The notes under the pieces were generated by a model, which worked only from the letters and a program-made list of their open reading frames with translations, was not told the origin of the DNA and ran no database searches. This document shows, one piece after another, positions 21,339-24,000 of a DNA stretch of 24,000 nt (the first letter of the stretch is position 1; each line of letters opens with the position of its first letter). This DNA comes from Candidatus Poriferisocius aerobius. GTDB taxonomy: Bacteria > Actinomycetota > Acidimicrobiia > Acidimicrobiales > Bin134. Both the position numbers and the translations under genes were made by a program. The stretch is taken from positions 6,683-30,682 of the forward strand of contig JAPYOC010000184.1 in assembly GCA_028278955.1 (NCBI GenBank), read 5' to 3'.

Positions 21339-23348
21339 CTAGCCCCAGTGGTCGGCTTGGTAGGCCATCATGTTGTCGCCGTGAAGCTGCTTGGTGGCGT
21401 TGCCAGTGCGGACCCAGAACTCAGAGGCTGGGCCTCCTCCTTCAGGTGCCCTGGCGAATACCGGTTTGGCCGAAGCTGAGGCTGTGACGATGCAAACGTC
21501 TGTTCCGGCGTGGCGCTCAAAGTGGATGCGCACTGTTGCCGCGGTTGGAGCGGACAGAGCATTGTCGAGAAGCTGGCGCAAGAAGAGTTCGTAGCCGTCT
21601 GAGTTTCCTTTGCTTCCCAGGGTTCGCATATCGTCGGCGAGCCCGATCGCGTTCGCGTCATCGTCCACTCCGATGAGCAGCTTGCCTCCCTCTGCGTTGA
21701 GGAACCCGCACACTGTCTTGGCGATCACATGCTCTAGCTTCTTATCCGGCCGGCCGGTGTGCAGGTTGAAGCGGGCGGTGGATTTGAATTCGACGGTCTG
21801 CGATTCACCGGCGTCTAGCAGGTCATCCAATGTGAAGGAGGAGTGGCCTTCGCCGGGGCGATCCCACAGGCGTTCAAAGCCACTCCGAGTCACTCTGGCC
21901 ATCAGCGCCCGGCGCTTCTCGAGAAATTCTGGGTATTCCAATTGCTCCCAGCCCACTGGCAGCGCATGCCACTCGATTTGCCGTTGGCGCTGGTCAGGAT
22001 TCAGGCGGCTGGATATTGCTGGCCAGTACTCCATGGGGTCGCTAGCTCCGACATCAGAGTTTTCTGGCCAGTCCAAGAAGGCCATGTTGGCGATGGCGTT
22101 GACCTGTCGAGTTTCGGTGATGCCTCCAGCCTTCAGATGAGCCTTTGGGAAGAGGTGATGGCGCTCGACTGAGCGAGTTGCGCTCTCGCCAGACCTTAGC
22201 AAGTCCCTCATCTTGAGGCTGCTGAACAGGAGTTCGGCATCGAGCAGGTTCAGAGCGGCCCAGTAGGCGCACAGAGCAGGGGATTTGGCTGATGATGTGT
22301 CGAGCCGTGTCGGGAGCGTGACATCCCAGTAGTCGTTTGTGAAGTTGGCTTTGATCTGCCGGTCGAGTTCAGCGCAGAACGCGTCAGGGTTGTTCGGCTC
22401 CAGAGAGCTTATACGGCCCAAGTCGGCATCTAAGGCGGTTTCGCTCGACCCTGTGTAGCGGCCTGTCGTGTGGGCCATGAAGAACCAACGGGCTATCACG
22501 CGCTGAAGAGCCGAGACGCTCAAACCAAAGTTTCGGCGGCCGATCAGCCAGATCACATAGCAGTAGATCAAGGCGGTATCGGATGTGACCATACGCCGCC
22601 CGCGGAAGCCAGCAAGAGTCAGGCACTTGAGGTACTCATGCCAGTTGGTCAGGTCAAGCACCTCGTCTTGGGCCGAGCGCAGCCGTTCAAACTGCTCATC
22701 TCGGCGAGCAGTTGACACTTCTCCGGTGCTGAGGTCCTTGCCTCTGAGAATGCTGTAGACATGCTGGAGGCGGGCTCGGCGGAACGCTAGCCCGACGCTC
22801 GCCCGAAGTAGCTGGTCGGGGCTCGGGTCAATGAAAGCGTTCTTTGGTGACGGGCCCTGCACAGAGGGGTCAACGGCGTCGCGGCTGAATTGCTCGAGTT
22901 CTCTTCGCCCCTTTTCTAGGTGAACTGACATCAGCGTGAGGATGAAGTCTGCTTGGTTGAGCTGCACCCCTTCTGAGTTGATCCGTACGAAGATGTCTGC
23001 GACCTGCTCCTCGTCGGCGTTCGCATTGAGTTGTATGACCTGGAAGCGAAAATCTCTGAGGTCGCGAACGCGATCTATTCTGCCTTCGAGTTCCTCATCC
23101 TCCTCTTCGAGAAGTTCTTTACCCCGGTTCTCGGCCAGCCTGGTCAAGAAGGAGCGCACCGTTGCTCGGTAGCGGTCCTTCCACAGCTCCGTGATGTCGG
23201 GAATGAACTCAGGGTCTTTTCTGATTGCTGCGTCGGCCACCTCGAAGGTTTCGTTGGAGGGGCAGAAGGCGATTTGGATTTGGGCGGCGAGTATAGAGGG
23301 CGCTGATTGTGCTATGCCCCAGAGGTGAATCCATTCTGCTGCTTGCAA
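21339..23348 (-). CDS. GmrSD-like protein: distal DUF262 segment + HH-type DUF1524-like nuclease motif + C-terminal AlbA_2/Schlafen-like domain. The canonical N-terminus is missing, so this may be a 5'-truncated remnant.
   Basis: EEQVADIFVRINSEGVQLNQADFILTLMSV (nt ~22939-23000) matches the conserved distal block of DUF262. RSVERHHLFPKAHL...VNAIANMAFLDWPENSDVGASDP (nt ~22135-22167 for ERHHLFPK) matches the His-His nuclease motif of the GmrSD C-terminal/DUF1524 type. ESQTVEFKSTARF...VIAKTVCGFLNAEGGKLLIGVDDDANAIGL...EFWVRTGNATKQL (nt ~21342-21810) is a textbook AlbA_2 (Schlafen-core-like) domain. No DGQQR or upstream QR motif occurs anywhere in the translation. The only start is a TTG at 23348 with no SD, 29 nt after the upstream gene's stop. 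Confidence 0.8.
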   Translation of the reverse strand: MQAAEWIHLWGIAQSAPSILAAQIQIAFCPSNETFEVADAAIRKDPEFIPDITELWKDRYRATVRSFLTRLAENRGKELLEEEDEELEGRIDRVRDLRDFRFQVIQLNANADEEQVADIFVRINSEGVQLNQADFILTLMSVHLEKGRRELEQFSRDAVDPSVQGPSPKNAFIDPSPDQLLRASVGLAFRRARLQHVYSILRGKDLSTGEVSTARRDEQFERLRSAQDEVLDLTNWHEYLKCLTLAGFRGRRMVTSDTALIYCYVIWLIGRRNFGLSVSALQRVIARWFFMAHTTGRYTGSSETALDADLGRISSLEPNNPDAFCAELDRQIKANFTNDYWDVTLPTRLDTSSAKSPALCAYWAALNLLDAELLFSSLKMRDLLRSGESATRSVERHHLFPKAHLKAGGITETRQVNAIANMAFLDWPENSDVGASDPMEYWPAISSRLNPDQRQRQIEWHALPVGWEQLEYPEFLEKRRALMARVTRSGFERLWDRPGEGHSSFTLDDLLDAGESQTVEFKSTARFNLHTGRPDKKLEHVIAKTVCGFLNAEGGKLLIGVDDDANAIGLADDMRTLGSKGNSDGYELFLRQLLDNALSAPTAATVRIHFERHAGTDVCIVTASASAKPVFARAPEGGGPASEFWVRTGNATKQLHGDNMMAYQADHWG

Positions 23349-23377
23349 GGCGACATGGCTTGGGTACCAGGCAGTCG

Positions 23378-24000
23378 TCAGTCGCTGAAGTTTTGAATTT
23401 TCAGGTGGCGGGACATGGCTGAGCCGGCGGGGCCGAGGAGCATCTGAGCCCGCAGGTGGCGTTTGTGGAACAGTGCGACGAGGGCCTCGTCGTAGCGGGC
23501 GGTGTCGGCGTTGGCCAGTACGAACCGCTCCAGCTCAGCCTCACCTGCCAGCCACGACTCGGGGCGATGGCCCAGCAGCTCGTGGAGGTCGTCAAGGTCG
23601 GCTTCGGAGACGGCGTCGCCGATCTCGTCGATGCGGGCGGCGTGGCGGGCCATGCGGAACATGGTGCGCAGCTTGTAGCGGAGGTATTCGTCTTCTATCT
23701 GTACGGTGCGCAGGTTTCGCACCAGGTGGTTGAGCACCACCTCGGCCCGGGACTCCCGGGGTTCGGGCAGCTCCACCTCGGGCAGCTCCACGTCGAGGAT
23801 CTCGGCGAGGGCCTCGGTGGCGAACAGGTTGGTCTCGTAGCACCACTGGAGGTTGGTCATCAGATCGGAGTCGGGGGCCGGCTGCCGCAGCGCTGCGCTG
23901 AACGGAAGCTGGTTGGAGAGGGTGAACATGAAGTGGTGGCGTTGGATGGCGTCTAGGTCCACCGGCTCTCCGGCCAGCTCTGCGTAGCGGTCGTACAGCT
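23378..24000 (-). CDS. Hypothetical protein, 3' portion (gene continues beyond the window); possibly a C-terminal helical region of a phosphotransferase (APH-like)/DUF6285-like protein
   Basis: The frame is open from the window edge (…LYDRYAELAGEP precedes the GTG at 23962), so this is 5'-partial. It has the high G/C third-position bias of the host genome. The functional guess rests only on a loose pattern resemblance (…Y..L.G.PVD.DAI… followed by a helical segment AEVVLNHLVRNLRTV…LRYKLRTMFRMARH…). Confidence 0.6.
   Translation of the reverse strand, partial: LYDRYAELAGEPVDLDAIQRHHFMFTLSNQLPFSAALRQPAPDSDLMTNLQWCYETNLFATEALAEILDVELPEVELPEPRESRAEVVLNHLVRNLRTVQIEDEYLRYKLRTMFRMARHAARIDEIGDAVSEADLDDLHELLGHRPESWLAGEAELERFVLANADTARYDEALVALFHKRHLRAQMLLGPAGSAMSRHLKIQNFSD

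Noticed and set aside
21296-21487. A 63-aa plus-strand ORF in or next to the AT-rich spacer, and the 76-aa minus ORF at 20994-21224.
   Set aside because: The first mostly overlaps the 3' end of the 669-aa gene in antisense and has no SD. The second exists only because the distal 12-bp repeat recreates the TTG TCA AT start, and it then runs out of frame through the ATPase gene.
21316-23360. A shared 7-mer, TGGCTTG, near both ends of the lower-GC GmrSD-like gene (about 21316-21322 and about 23356-23362), considered as attachment-site or target-site duplication.
   Set aside because: It is only 7 nt with different flanks, no integrase or tRNA is nearby, and a match of this length is expected by chance in 24 kb.
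23378-23410. The C-terminal ...RHLKIQNFSD* of the upstream gene resembles the N-terminal 'L.I.NF' start of OLD/ABC-type ATPases. This hinted at a frameshifted ATPase gene or the missing N-terminus of the GmrSD-like protein.
   Set aside because: The frame stops after FSD. In the 669-aa ORF's own frame, the upstream sequence reads Arg/Pro-rich nonsense and contains several stops within about 250 nt, and no Walker A or DGQQR follows. It is a chance resemblance of five residues.
1-24000. A search by eye for CRISPR arrays, tRNA/rRNA genes, transposase or integrase genes, and long terminal inverted repeats.
   Set aside because: I saw no regularly spaced 25-40-nt repeats, no tRNA-like T-arm (GGTTCGAATCC-type) in the intergenic regions, and no recombinase motifs in any ORF. 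A proper tRNAscan/Infernal/ISfinder run would be needed to exclude them formally.

Overview
This is a high-GC chromosomal segment. Hand counts of sampled 60-nt lines give 47/60 G+C at 3421-3480. Several features point to Actinomycetota: a DUF3499 zinc-ribbon protein, an Rpf-type transglycosylase domain, PNP/phospho-sugar-mutase synteny, and many 4-nt start/stop overlaps. (1) 1-5227 is a hopanoid biosynthesis operon: hpnE (5'-partial), polyprenyl synthase, shc, hpnG, hpnH. (2) 5224-15955 holds housekeeping genes: aminopeptidase N; an adenosine-kinase-like/PNP/phospho-sugar-mutase nucleoside salvage operon; an aldo-keto reductase with an M29/NicX-like protein; DUF3499; an amidohydrolase; Fe-SOD; and a small hypothetical. 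(3) 15956-18265 is a visibly AT-richer islet encoding an unrecognised secreted protein (beta-rich N-terminus, long Lys/Ala-rich helical tail) directly followed by an Rpf-like transglycosylase. (4) 18296-19873 is a MIP channel/ROK kinase operon. It sits behind an unusual divergent leader with two opposed, mutually complementary Shine-Dalgarno (SD) boxes and short ORFs. (5) 19889-23348 is an accessory, defence-like module. It contains an AAA_14/DUF4143 ATPase with a PD-(D/E)xK-like tail, preceded by three phased 12-bp direct repeats. Next to it is a lower-GC 669-aa protein with the distal half of a DUF262 (GmrS-like) domain, an HH-type DUF1524-like nuclease motif and a C-terminal AlbA_2/Schlafen-like domain. 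It lacks the DGQQR-bearing N-terminus. This module is my best candidate for something undescribed. (6) 23378-24000 is the 3' end of a high-GC gene that runs off the window. I saw no rRNA, tRNA, CRISPR array, transposase or integrase. All functional calls rest on motif recognition by eye; no searches were run.
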